A DNA stretch of 64,000 nt from Actinomycetes bacterium (GCA_021781735.1 JAJXWF010000001.1:3403-67402); one strand, 5' to 3'. Counted from the first letter of the stretch, positions 33,588-42,714 are shown. Notes: generated from the sequence alone by a model not told the origin. Made by a program: numbers and translations.

Positions 33588-34763
33588 TCAGAGGGCGTCG
33601 ATGTAGGCGTCCAGCGCCATCATCACCGTGCCCCTCCGCGATGCCTGGTCGCCGAGCGGCGACTGCAGCAGCATCGGCGGGTCGGCGAGTTCCTCGAGCA
33701 TCCGCAGCCTCAGCCCCTCGAAGAACCCGGCTCCCAGAAGCAGCGGGTAGCCGCCGAGCGTGACCGCTTCCGGCACGACGATGCACCCCACCGTCGCGAG
33801 CACATGAGCCAGGATGCGCGTCAGGTGGTCGACCGCGGCGCTCGCCTCGGGGTCGCCCGCGGTGAGCGCCGCGCTCACGCGCTGCATGTGATCGGCTATG
33901 CCGGTCGGCCCGACGGCGGTGCCGTGGGCCAGCGAGGCGGTGAGTTCCTCGAAACGTCGGAAGCCGATCGACGCGTCGACACAGCCGTGGCGCCCACACT
34001 GGCACAACACCGTCTCGTCACCGAGCGGGGCGTGTTCGATCGCTCCCCAGATCGGCGGCAGGCTCTCATCCAGTTCCCGACCGGCTGTCAGCGCCATACC
34101 GAGGCCCATGCCGAGCTGGAAGTGCAGGATCCGCTCGTGCTCGGCCATTTCGGGCTGGCGGGCGTTGGCCAGGGCCGCGGCGCGCGAGATGTCCCGCATG
34201 GCCATCGGCACCTCCCACGCGAACCCGTCGCGCAGGCGCCGGATGAGGTCGACCTCCCCCCATCCGAACCGGTCGGAGCGGGCGACGGTTGCGAACCCCT
34301 CGTTGAACCGGGCGGGCAGTGCCACCCCGACCGCGAGCAACCGGCGGCCTGCGGCGTCCACCAGCCGCTCCCCGACCTCGACGACGCGGGCGACGAAGTC
34401 GTCGGGGGCCACTGGAAGGTCGAAGCTGAAGACCTCGGACGCCAACGGTTCTCCCGCGAGGTTCGTCAGCATCACCTCGGTGTGGTCGACGCGGGCGTCC
34501 ATACCCAGCAGTGCGAAGGTGTCCCCGTTGAACCGCAGCGGGGTCGCGGGCCGGCCCCTTCCTGGGGCAGGGAGCGCCGCCTCGTTGACGAGGATGCCCT
34601 CGGTCACGAGGTCTCCGACCAGGCGGGTGACCGAGGTTCTGGTCAGACCCAGGTCGGAGGCGATGCGGGCCCGGTGGATCGACCCGTGGTCACGCACGGA
34701 GCGCAGGATCAGGCCCAGGTTGTGCGACCGCACGCGGGGGCTCGAGAGCGCATCCGTGGTCAT
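33588..34763 (-). CDS. ROK-family transcriptional regulator
   Basis: N-terminal wHTH (NLGLILRSVRDHGSIHRARIASDLGLTRTSVTRLV) plus a ROK sugar-kinase-like domain with a cysteine motif (CQCGRHGC). Confidence 0.85.
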   Translation of the reverse strand: MTTDALSSPRVRSHNLGLILRSVRDHGSIHRARIASDLGLTRTSVTRLVGDLVTEGILVNEAALPAPGRGRPATPLRFNGDTFALLGMDARVDHTEVMLTNLAGEPLASEVFSFDLPVAPDDFVARVVEVGERLVDAAGRRLLAVGVALPARFNEGFATVARSDRFGWGEVDLIRRLRDGFAWEVPMAMRDISRAAALANARQPEMAEHERILHFQLGMGLGMALTAGRELDESLPPIWGAIEHAPLGDETVLCQCGRHGCVDASIGFRRFEELTASLAHGTAVGPTGIADHMQRVSAALTAGDPEASAAVDHLTRILAHVLATVGCIVVPEAVTLGGYPLLLGAGFFEGLRLRMLEELADPPMLLQSPLGDQASRRGTVMMALDAYIDAL

Positions 34764-34832
34764 ACCCGGCAGTCTGCCACTTTGTGACTCTCTGTTTCAA
34801 AACTCTGGACAGCGGGCATGTCGGGACATAAA

Positions 34833-34847
34833 GTGACACACGGTCAC
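34833..34847. promoter_or_regulatory. Candidate operator (inverted repeat GTGAC-N5-GTCAC) in the divergent ROK/ABC promoter region
   Basis: GTGACacacgGTCAC lies in a locally AT-richer spacer, 37 nt upstream of the binding-protein ATG. A related half-site, ctttGTGACtc, occurs at about 34780-34790. Confidence 0.3.
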
Positions 34848-34883
34848 ATAAGGCGCAACGATGCGCTCGAGAAAGGATCCGAT

Positions 34884-36161
34884 ATGCCCATCACCGTGAA
34901 CCGGCGCCAACTGCTCAAGGCCGGCGCCGCCGCCGCCGCCGTGGGTCTCGGAACGACACTGTCGGCATGTTCCGGCTCCAGCGCCTCGGCCGGCAGCGGG
35001 GGCAAGAGCCTCCAACTGCTGCTCCTGGGACCCGACCAGACCACCATCGACTGGGTCAAGGGCACGCTGCTGCCCGCCTTCAAGAAGTCGTCGGACATCA
35101 ACGTCACCCTGCAGACCTCCGACTGGGGCTCGGCCTTCCAGAAGGTCACCACGGGTGCCGCGTCGAACAGCCTCGCCGACGTCTTCCTCATCGGCGGCAT
35201 CTGGAATGCACCGCTGGCGTCGAAGAACGTCATGCTCGACATCACCGACCGGGTGAAGAACTGGTCCGGAAGCCAGCAGATCTACCCGAAGATGCTCGTC
35301 GACGGGGTGTACAAGGGCGCCAACTACTCCATCCCCGTGTATGCGGATGTCAGGACCACCATCGGGCGCACCGACCTGCTCAAGGCTGCGGGGGTCACCG
35401 GGGTCCCCAGCACGTGGGACGAGTGGACGACCGCCGCCCAGGCGATGAAGGCCAAGGGAATCAAGTCCCCGATCTACTTCGGCCTCGACAAGTCCATCGG
35501 TCTCCAACAGCGGTTCGCGCATCTGATGCTGAGCGCCGGCGGCACCTACTGGGACGCCTCCGGTAAGCCGCAGTTCAGCAGCGACGCCGGCCAGAAGGCG
35601 TTGCAGTACATGGTCGACGCCTACAAGAACGGCCTGTCCGACTACAACGTCGTCTGGTCGGGAAACGGCCCGCTCCCCCCGGTTCTGGGACTGTCAGGAC
35701 TGTCACTCGACGGCGCGGCGCTGCCCCGCAACGCCGAGGTGAACGACAAGTCGGTCCTGCCGCTGCTCAGCGCCGGGCAGGGCATCCAGATGAACTCCGC
35801 CAGCCAGCCGACCGCACTGGCGTTCGTGAACAAGCTCGCGATCGCGAAGAACACCAAGAATCCCGACGGCGCCTTCGAATTGATCAAGTTCATCTGCTCG
35901 AAGCAGTACGGCGGCGATTTCGCCCGCTACTACGGAGGCATGCCGGTGCGCAAGGATCTCGCGGACGCCGCCTGGCTGACGGGCATCTACAAGGACATCG
36001 CCGCCACCGCGACCAATGCGGTCTCTCAACCGTCCAACCCCGTGATGATGTCGCTGGGCCCGGCGGTGAACCAGCTGCTCGAACCCGCCATCCGGGGCAG
36101 CGTCTCCGTCACCGCGACGCTGGCGGCGATCGACGCCAAGGTCCAGTCGCTGGGGGCCTGA
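34884..36161 (+). CDS. ABC sugar transporter substrate-binding lipoprotein
   Basis: Tat/lipobox leader MPITVNRRQLLKAGAAAAAVGLGTTLSAC followed by a family-1 solute-binding domain. Confidence 0.85.
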   Translation: MPITVNRRQLLKAGAAAAAVGLGTTLSACSGSSASAGSGGKSLQLLLLGPDQTTIDWVKGTLLPAFKKSSDINVTLQTSDWGSAFQKVTTGAASNSLADVFLIGGIWNAPLASKNVMLDITDRVKNWSGSQQIYPKMLVDGVYKGANYSIPVYADVRTTIGRTDLLKAAGVTGVPSTWDEWTTAAQAMKAKGIKSPIYFGLDKSIGLQQRFAHLMLSAGGTYWDASGKPQFSSDAGQKALQYMVDAYKNGLSDYNVVWSGNGPLPPVLGLSGLSLDGAALPRNAEVNDKSVLPLLSAGQGIQMNSASQPTALAFVNKLAIAKNTKNPDGAFELIKFICSKQYGGDFARYYGGMPVRKDLADAAWLTGIYKDIAATATNAVSQPSNPVMMSLGPAVNQLLEPAIRGSVSVTATLAAIDAKVQSLGA

Positions 36162-36165
36162 TCCG

Positions 36166-37065
36166 ATGGGACGCGCGCCCGCGGGCATCGAACGGCGACA
36201 GCGGATCGCGGGACGATGGTTGCTCAGCCCCGCCCTCGTGGTGCTCTCGCTCACGACCATCGTGCCGATGCTGTTCGCCGCCTTCCTGTCGTTCACGAAG
36301 TACGACCTGCTGAGCGCACCACGGTTCGTGGGACTGGCCAACTACGTGCAGCTGCTCACCGACCCGACCTTCGGGACTGCGGTGGCGAACACCCTCGAGT
36401 TCGCCCTCGGCCAGGTGGTCATCGGGATCGTCGTGGCGTTCTTCATCGCGATGCTGTTCAACAACCCGCTCGTGGGCGGTGGCCTGATGCGCACGATGAT
36501 CTACGTTCCCCAGGCGATGTCGTACGTCACCGTCGCCCTGCTGTGGTCGTTCCTCTACGACCCGTTCGTCGGGCCCATCGACGCAGCGCTGCGCGCCGCG
36601 GGACTACCGACGGTGAACTTCCTCACCGACGCCAACGCCGCGATGCCCTCGATCCTCGGCATGTCCCTGTGGCGCAACCTCGGATACTTCAGCATCATCC
36701 TGCTCGCCGGCCTCAAGGCCGTTCCCGGTGAACTGATCGAGGCCGCCAAGATCGACCACGCCGGGTGGTGGGCGCGCACCCGCCACGTGGTCATCCCGTC
36801 GATGCGCAACACGCTGCTCTTCGTCGGGGTCACCTGGTTCATGGGGGGCCTGCAGATGTTCACCCAGGCCTACGTCATGACCCAGGGCGGCCCCGGCGAC
36901 GCCACCCGCACCGTCGTCTACGACATGTACCAATCCGCGTTCACCGATCTCAACATCGGCAGGGCCTCGGCCATCGCCGTCCTGCTGTTCCTCGTGGTCG
37001 TGCTCGTGGCACTGCCGGCCCGGCTCGTGCAGGAGATCCAATCGAGGAGAGCCGCCCGTGCCTGA
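36166..37065 (+). CDS. ABC sugar transporter permease (MalF/UgpA-like)
   Basis: 6-TM protein with an EAA-loop region (EAAKIDHAGWWARTRHVVIPSM). Confidence 0.85.
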   Translation: MGRAPAGIERRQRIAGRWLLSPALVVLSLTTIVPMLFAAFLSFTKYDLLSAPRFVGLANYVQLLTDPTFGTAVANTLEFALGQVVIGIVVAFFIAMLFNNPLVGGGLMRTMIYVPQAMSYVTVALLWSFLYDPFVGPIDAALRAAGLPTVNFLTDANAAMPSILGMSLWRNLGYFSIILLAGLKAVPGELIEAAKIDHAGWWARTRHVVIPSMRNTLLFVGVTWFMGGLQMFTQAYVMTQGGPGDATRTVVYDMYQSAFTDLNIGRASAIAVLLFLVVVLVALPARLVQEIQSRRAARA

Positions 37066-37984
37066 CGCGTCCAGCCACCGACCCGCGCATCGACGGGCCC
37101 GACACCCCCGGGGCGCCCGGGGCGAGGAGTTCGCGGGCTCGCGAGGATCCTTCGTCCTCCTCCACGCCGTGGGGCTCGTCGTCACCGCCCTCTACCTGCT
37201 GCCGATGCTCTACATCCTCACGGTCGCGCTGACCCCCCGAGGGGAGTCGACGACGACGCTTCCCACCCGCCTGGACTTCGGCAACTTCGCCGCCGCCCTG
37301 CAGTCGGCCGACTTCCTGAGATTCTTCGGCAACTCACTGCTCGTGACGCTCGTCGCAACCCTGTCCCAGGTGGTGCTGAGTTGCATGGCGGGCTACGCCC
37401 TGGCCAAGGCACCGCTCAGGGGCCGGGGATGGATCCTCATGCTGCTCATCGGGCTGCTCGTGCTGCCGCCCGAGATCATCATGGTGCCGCTGTTCGTGAT
37501 CCTCACCCACCTGCCGTTGGTCAACGGCAACAACATCCTCGGCTCCGGCGGCCAGGGACTGCTCAACAACTACCTCTCGCTGATGATGCCCCACCTGGCA
37601 GCGGCCCTGTCGATCTTCCTCATGCGCCAGTTCTACGTCGACCTGCCCGACGAACTCGGACAGGCAGCGCGCGTCGACGGCGCCTCCGAGTGGCGGATCT
37701 TCTCGCAGGTGTACACGCCGCTGACACTGCCCGCGGTGACCGTTGTCGCGGTGCTCGCCTTCCAGTCGGCCTGGAACGACTTCCTCTGGCCGCTGATCAT
37801 GGTGCGCTCGAGCGGCATGCGGACGCTGCAACTCGGCGTCACCGTCTTCTACCAGGAGAACTCGACCCAGTGGAACCTGCTCATGTGCATCGTGCTGCTG
37901 ATCAGCCTGCCGGTGGTCCTCATCTTCTTGTTCAGCCAACGATTCTTCACCTCCGGCATCGCGGCCGGCAGCGTCAAGGGGTGA
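37058..37984 (+). CDS. ABC sugar transporter permease (MalG/UgpE-like)
   Basis: EAA-loop QAARVDGASEWRIFSQVYTPL. It overlaps the preceding permease by 8 nt. Confidence 0.85.
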   Translation: MPDASSHRPAHRRARHPRGARGEEFAGSRGSFVLLHAVGLVVTALYLLPMLYILTVALTPRGESTTTLPTRLDFGNFAAALQSADFLRFFGNSLLVTLVATLSQVVLSCMAGYALAKAPLRGRGWILMLLIGLLVLPPEIIMVPLFVILTHLPLVNGNNILGSGGQGLLNNYLSLMMPHLAAALSIFLMRQFYVDLPDELGQAARVDGASEWRIFSQVYTPLTLPAVTVVAVLAFQSAWNDFLWPLIMVRSSGMRTLQLGVTVFYQENSTQWNLLMCIVLLISLPVVLIFLFSQRFFTSGIAAGSVKG

Positions 37985-37988
37985 CACC

Positions 37989-39416
37989 ATGACCCGACCA
38001 ACCCACAGCTCGCGACTCAACTTCGTTGTGGTCCTCACCGACGACCAGGGACGCTGGGCCATGCCGCACCGGATGCCCGAACTGGTCATGCCGAACCTGG
38101 AACGCCTGCTCGAGACCTCCCTTGAACTCGACCAGATGTATTGCGCGTCACCGGTCTGCTCCCCCTCACGGGCCTCGATGCTCACCGGGCGGATGCCCTC
38201 GGCGCACGGCGTCCACGACTGGCTGATCGGCGGCCGGCACCCCGATGCCCACCCCGACCGCTATCTCGAAGGTCAACCGACGACGCCCGAAGTGCTGGCC
38301 GAGGCCGGGTACCAGTGCGCGATGAGCGGCAAATGGCACGTGGGCCACTCCCAGTGGCCGGCGCCCGGGTTCGACTTCTGGTACTCCCACCGCTACGGCG
38401 GCGGCCCCTACTACGGGGCACCGATCTGGCGCGACGGCGAACCGGTCACCGAACCCCGATACTTCACCGACGCCGTGGCCGACAATGCGCTCGACTTCCT
38501 CGGCTCCCGGGACCGCGACCGTCCGTTCTACCTGCAGGTCAACTTCACCGCGCCGCACGACCCCTGGATCGACAACCACCCGCCAGAGCTCGTCGAGCTG
38601 TACGCCGACACCGACTTCCCCTCGGTGCCGCGAGAGGAGCCACATCCGTGGGTGGAACCCCGACGCGCGGACTTCGCGGACGCGTTCGCCGATCCGCGCC
38701 CACACCTGGCGGGTTACTGCGCCTCGCTCACGGCGGTCGACACGGCACTGGGCCGGATCCGGGCAGAACTCGACACCCAGGGCATCGCCGGCAACACCGT
38801 CGTGATCTACCTCTCCGACAACGGCTTCAGTTGCGGCCATCACGGGATCTGGGGCAAGGGCAACGGCACCAGACCACTGAACTTCTGGGACAACTCGGTG
38901 CGCGTGCCGTGCGTCGTGCACCTGCCGGGAGGAGCCACCGGCACCAGCAACGCCCTGCTCTCCAGCGTCTCGCTGCACCGCACCATCTGCGAGCTCGCGG
39001 GGGCCGAGATCCCCGACGACCTGTGGGGGGCCGGCTCCTCCTTCGCGCCGCTGCTCCGCCACGGAGGCGACCACGGCGAGGAGTTCGTGCTGGTCACCAG
39101 CGAATACGGCGGGGCGCGGATGATCACCGACGGACCGCTCAAACTCGTCGAGCGCCTCGAGGGCCCCGGCGAACTGTACGACCGACGGATCGATCCCGAC
39201 GAGCAGAACAACCTGTTCGACGACCCCACCCGATCCGCCGACCGGGAACGCCTCTCGCGATGGCTCGCCGAACGCTTCGAGGCCGAGACCCGGCCGGGAA
39301 CCTCCGGATGGGATCGGCCGGTGACCGGCTTCGGCCAGATCCAGCCGGTGTCCCGCGGCATCCCGGCCGAGCGCTCCTACGCGCAGTCCCGCGGAGCGTC
39401 CGACGGCATCCGCTAG
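37989..39416 (+). CDS. Cys-type sulfatase (arylsulfatase family), predicted cytoplasmic
   Basis: NFVVVLTDDQG and the sulfatase signature CSPSRASMLTGR (C-x-P-x-R), with GKWH downstream. There is no signal peptide. It starts 5 nt after the permease stop. Confidence 0.85.
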   Translation: MTRPTHSSRLNFVVVLTDDQGRWAMPHRMPELVMPNLERLLETSLELDQMYCASPVCSPSRASMLTGRMPSAHGVHDWLIGGRHPDAHPDRYLEGQPTTPEVLAEAGYQCAMSGKWHVGHSQWPAPGFDFWYSHRYGGGPYYGAPIWRDGEPVTEPRYFTDAVADNALDFLGSRDRDRPFYLQVNFTAPHDPWIDNHPPELVELYADTDFPSVPREEPHPWVEPRRADFADAFADPRPHLAGYCASLTAVDTALGRIRAELDTQGIAGNTVVIYLSDNGFSCGHHGIWGKGNGTRPLNFWDNSVRVPCVVHLPGGATGTSNALLSSVSLHRTICELAGAEIPDDLWGAGSSFAPLLRHGGDHGEEFVLVTSEYGGARMITDGPLKLVERLEGPGELYDRRIDPDEQNNLFDDPTRSADRERLSRWLAERFEAETRPGTSGWDRPVTGFGQIQPVSRGIPAERSYAQSRGASDGIR

Positions 39417-40027
39417 GAGGTCGGGGGAGGCTGGGCCGGGGTGCTGACGGCGTCCGGCAGCAGGAACGCCCACCAATCGATCCGGCCGGCGCCGTCCGGG
39501 TGCCGCGACGGCGACCGCTCGGCCGAATAGCGGGCGACGAGTTCGCGGAGGTCCTTCTGCAGGGCCACCATCTCGTCGTTGGTGAGCCACAATTCGCTGC
39601 GCATCATGCTGCCGCCGGTCTCGTGCGCCCGACCCTCGACCGTGGGGCCGAGCCCGTCGAGCCGCTCCGCGAGACGCGTGACCTCGCGTGCGGTCAGCGC
39701 CCGCAGCGCCGCACGCTGGTTGCCGCCGAGCGCCTCGCCGGTGATCGTGATGTCGCGCCCCGCCGCGCGCCAGGGTCGATCGCGGGCGTCGCTGCCCGCG
39801 TCGTCGCGCACCACCAGTCCCCACTTCTCGAGCGCGCGCAGGTGGTAGCTCATCGCCGACGGCGTGACCCCCGCCCCGACGGCGAGTTCGGTGGCGGTGA
39901 GCGGGTCGCCGCGGTAGAGCTGCTCGAGGGCGTAGCTGCGCGCCGGGTGGGCGATCGCGCGCAGACTCATGGGATGCCGCAGGGTGACGCCTCCGTCGGC
40001 GTCCACTTCGGCTCGACGCTGCTCCAT
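39413..40027 (-). CDS. ArsR-family winged-helix transcriptional regulator
   Basis: LRAIAHPARSYALEQLYRGDPLTATELAVGAGVTPSAMSYHLRALEKWGLV. The start is set at ATG 40027 (MEQRR). Confidence 0.75.
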   Translation of the reverse strand: MEQRRAEVDADGGVTLRHPMSLRAIAHPARSYALEQLYRGDPLTATELAVGAGVTPSAMSYHLRALEKWGLVVRDDAGSDARDRPWRAAGRDITITGEALGGNQRAALRALTAREVTRLAERLDGLGPTVEGRAHETGGSMMRSELWLTNDEMVALQKDLRELVARYSAERSPSRHPDGAGRIDWWAFLLPDAVSTPAQPPPTS

Positions 40028-40083
40028 GCCGTCACTGTAGAGCCGATGCCCGGCGCCCTTGATCCGGGAAATGCGAAACAGTA

Positions 40084-40109
40084 TCTTCACATCTATGAAG
40101 TCTATGCTT
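40084..40109. promoter_or_regulatory. Candidate operator: overlapping inverted repeats in the AT-rich divergent promoter
   Basis: CTTCAcatctaTGAAG (40084-40099) overlaps GAAGtctatgCTTC (40096-40109), between the ArsR-type regulator and the MFS gene. Confidence 0.35.
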
Positions 40110-41483
40110 CACAGTCGCGATGTCGTGGCCGTGATCGTCGCGCGGGCGCTGATGATGGGCGCCCTGTCGGTGGTCACGGTCAGCGTGCTGCTCCGCGTCC
40201 ACGACGCGGGGCACGGCCCGTGGGCCACCAGCGCCGTGTTCGTCGTGCTCGCACTGCCGTCGGTGCTCGGCATGACCGTTGCCGGTAACCTGGCCGACCG
40301 GGTCGACTCTCGTGTGCTGCTCACGTCGGCGCTGTCGGCCCAGGCCGTCGGCACCCTGGCGCTGGGCAGCAACGCCGGGCTCGTGTGGACGCTGGGGTGG
40401 CTTGCGGTGTTCGAGACCGGGTTCGTGCTCGCCTCCCCCGTCTGGACGGCGCTCGTGCCGCGGATCGTGGGCGACCAGGGAGTCCAGCGGGTGGCCGGGG
40501 CGCAGATGGTGGCCAGCAGTATCGCGCAGCCACTCGGGGCCGCGGCGGCCGGCCTGAGCGTCGACCGGATCGGTCACCTCCACACCCCGTGGACCGCGAC
40601 CGCCCTCACCGTGGTCGTGCTCGTGGTCGCCCTGTCGCTGCGGACGAGACGGGGTGGCCGGGCCGGAGGGGCCCGAGACGCCGCGGGGAATGGTGGGCTC
40701 AGCCACATCCGACGCGATCCGGTGTTGCTGGCGCTGCTCACCGGGACGGTCGTGCTGGTGTTCGCGGTGCAGGGCGTCAACGTCGTCGAGGTGTTCCTGG
40801 TACGCGATGCCCTGCACGCGTCGGCGTCCCAGTATGGGCTGGGCGAGCTCGGGTTCGGCCTCGGCTCGGTCGTGGCGGGGGTGCTCATCGGCCGGGTCGC
40901 GACCGATGTCGGCCGGGTTCGCACGGTCGTCTTCGGCTTCGCGCTCGCCGGGGTCGTGTGCGTCGCGATCGGCCTGGCGCCAGGCTTCTGGATCTACTGG
41001 ACGCTGCTCAGCGTCCTCGGACTGGTCAATGCCGCAGCCAACGGCTGCCTCGGACCGCTGGTCGTGCTACGGACGCCGGACCACCTGCGTGGCCGGGTGA
41101 TCGCCGTGCTCAGTGGGGTGGTCTCGGCGGCGTCCGTGGTATCGCTGCTGGCCGGCGGCCTGGTCGGGTCGTGGCTGGGCCCGAGGCTCACGTTCGTCGC
41201 CGCCGGCGTCCTCGGCACGGCGGCCGCGCTGGCGATGGGACTCCGCGTCCGCCGGGCGATGACCGACCAACCGCTGGGGCCGCCGACCCACGAGGCGCAG
41301 GAGCCGACGACCGACGAGGCGCAGGGGCCGACGACCCACGAGGCGCAGGGGCCGACGACCGCACCACTCGTGCCGCCGAACGCGACGCTCGTGCCGGCAG
41401 CCGCTGCGCTCGTGGCGACGACCGCGGCCGCGACAGGCGAGGGGACGACGGCCGAGGGGGTTGCCCCAGCCCCGGCGGCTTGA
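40104..41483 (+). CDS. MFS transporter with a repetitive C-terminal tail
   Basis: About 12 hydrophobic segments. The start is probably ATG 40104 (MLHSRDVVAVIVARAL), because the upstream codons are AT-rich. The tail contains PTHEAQEPTTDEAQGPTTHEAQGPTT. Confidence 0.8.
   Translation: MLHSRDVVAVIVARALMMGALSVVTVSVLLRVHDAGHGPWATSAVFVVLALPSVLGMTVAGNLADRVDSRVLLTSALSAQAVGTLALGSNAGLVWTLGWLAVFETGFVLASPVWTALVPRIVGDQGVQRVAGAQMVASSIAQPLGAAAAGLSVDRIGHLHTPWTATALTVVVLVVALSLRTRRGGRAGGARDAAGNGGLSHIRRDPVLLALLTGTVVLVFAVQGVNVVEVFLVRDALHASASQYGLGELGFGLGSVVAGVLIGRVATDVGRVRTVVFGFALAGVVCVAIGLAPGFWIYWTLLSVLGLVNAAANGCLGPLVVLRTPDHLRGRVIAVLSGVVSAASVVSLLAGGLVGSWLGPRLTFVAAGVLGTAAALAMGLRVRRAMTDQPLGPPTHEAQEPTTDEAQGPTTHEAQGPTTAPLVPPNATLVPAAAALVATTAAATGEGTTAEGVAPAPAA
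41287..41358 (+). repeat. 3 x 24-bp in-frame tandem repeat inside the MFS 3' end
   Basis: Units cccacgaggcgcaggagccgacga / ccgacgaggcgcaggggccgacga / cccacgaggcgcaggggccgacga. Confidence 0.9.
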
Positions 41484-41577
41484 GGCCGGGAGGGGTCGAC
41501 CCGCCGGGGCTGAGGACGTCTCTCCGGGTGACTCCCCCGGCTGCGCCCTCTCCGGTTGCCGTGCGGCGTCACGTTGT

Positions 41578-41725
41578 GTTGCTGGCGATCTCGACGGTGT
41601 TGCTGGCGATCTCTGCTGGGTTGCTGGCGATCTCTGCTGGGTTGCTGGCGATCTCTGCTGGGTTGCTGGCGATCTCTGCCGATTCGGCGTCGATTTCGCC
41701 AGCCGGAGCAGAGATCGCCAGCAAC
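41578..41725. repeat. Spacerless 21-bp tandem array (5 copies) closed by an inverted copy
   Basis: The unit gttgctggcgatctctgctgg starts at 41578 (variant), 41599, 41620, 41641 and 41662 (19 nt). The inverted copy gcagagatcgccagcaac at 41708-41725 can pair with copy 5 (18-bp stem, 28-nt loop). Confidence 0.9.
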
Positions 41726-41756
41726 ACGAACGCGGAGCCGCGACCCGTCGCCACCC

Positions 41757-41785
41757 GGAATCGCCAGGAATCGCCAGGAATCCCC
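41757..41785. repeat. 10-bp tandem repeat (about 2.9 copies) sharing the ATCGCCAG core
   Basis: ggaatcgcca ggaatcgcca ggaatcccc. The core atcgccag is the reverse complement of ctggcgat in the 21-bp units. Confidence 0.85.
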
Positions 41786-41846
41786 GGATACCCCGACGCC
41801 CCGCGCCAACGACCCCGGGACGCCAACGGCACCCGGACGCCGGCGC

Positions 41847-42578
41847 TCACCCCTGGCGAGGCGACTCGGGGTCGGTTGCGGGCCGCTGTAGGGGCTCGGG
41901 GGACGCGGTCGGCCAGGGGTCGACGACGGGAGGCTGGGCGGCACGGCGCGGCAATTCGCCCTGCTGTGGCCCGGCGGCAACCGTCGGCGGATTCCCGGTG
42001 TTCCCGAACGACACCGTCGGCGCCTGGCGGGCGATCGGATCGGTGATCTCGAAGTACTGGGCCTTCTCGAAGCGGAACGCGTTGGCCACGAGGTTCGCCG
42101 GCATCGATTCGATGGCGGTGTTGTAAGCGCGCACCGTGGCGTTGTAGTAGCGACGGCCGGCGGCGATGCGGTCTTCGGTCTCGCTGAGTTGGCGCTGCAA
42201 TTCGAGGAAGTTCTGGTTGGCCTGCAGTTGGGGGTAGGCCTCGACGCTGACCATGAGCCGCCCGATCTGCTGCGACAGTTGCGACTCGACCTCGGCCCGC
42301 GGCGATCCGGCGCCACCGGGTGCGAGGGACGCCGCCTGATTGCGCAGCGCCACGACCTCCTCGAGGGTGTCGCGCTCGTGCCCCGCATAGCCCTTCACCG
42401 TCTCGACGAGATTGGGGATCAACTCGTAGCGGCGGTTCAGTTCGACGTCAACCTGGCGCCAGGACTCCTGGATCGTGTTGCGCAGCCGGACGAAGCGGTT
42501 GTAGGGCCCGACGACCAGCGCGATCGCCGCGACGATGACCACCACCACGACGACGAGGAATATCCACAAACCACCCAT
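41847..42578 (-). CDS. lemA: LemA-family membrane protein
   Basis: MGGLWIFLVVVVVVIVAAIALVVGPYNRFVRLRN..WRQVDVELNRRYELIPNLVETVKGYAGHERDTLEEV..RRYYNATVRAYN. ATG at 42578 with an AGGAG ribosome-binding site. It has a Pro-rich C-terminal extension. Confidence 0.85.
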   Translation of the reverse strand: MGGLWIFLVVVVVVIVAAIALVVGPYNRFVRLRNTIQESWRQVDVELNRRYELIPNLVETVKGYAGHERDTLEEVVALRNQAASLAPGGAGSPRAEVESQLSQQIGRLMVSVEAYPQLQANQNFLELQRQLSETEDRIAAGRRYYNATVRAYNTAIESMPANLVANAFRFEKAQYFEITDPIARQAPTVSFGNTGNPPTVAAGPQQGELPRRAAQPPVVDPWPTASPEPLQRPATDPESPRQG

Positions 42579-42714
42579 GCGTGCTCCTGACGATCGGACG
42601 CGGGCGGGTCCCCCTGGCGACCTGCCGTCACCATATCCACCTGCCGGGACCAGCGGCGGGCGGCGCACGAACCGCGCCGACACTCGGCGGCGCCGCTCCG
42701 GTCTCCCGGCGCGG

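Noticed and set aside
41578-41725. The 21-bp repeat array as a CRISPR locus.
   Set aside because: The repeats are directly adjacent with no spacers. The unit is shorter than typical CRISPR repeats, and there are no cas genes in the window.
40385-42046. 553-aa ORF spanning the MFS gene, the repeat array and the lemA 3' end.
   Set aside because: It is off-frame relative to the MFS transporter and Arg/Gly/Pro-rich. It continues through the repeats only because stop codons are rare in this GC-rich DNA.
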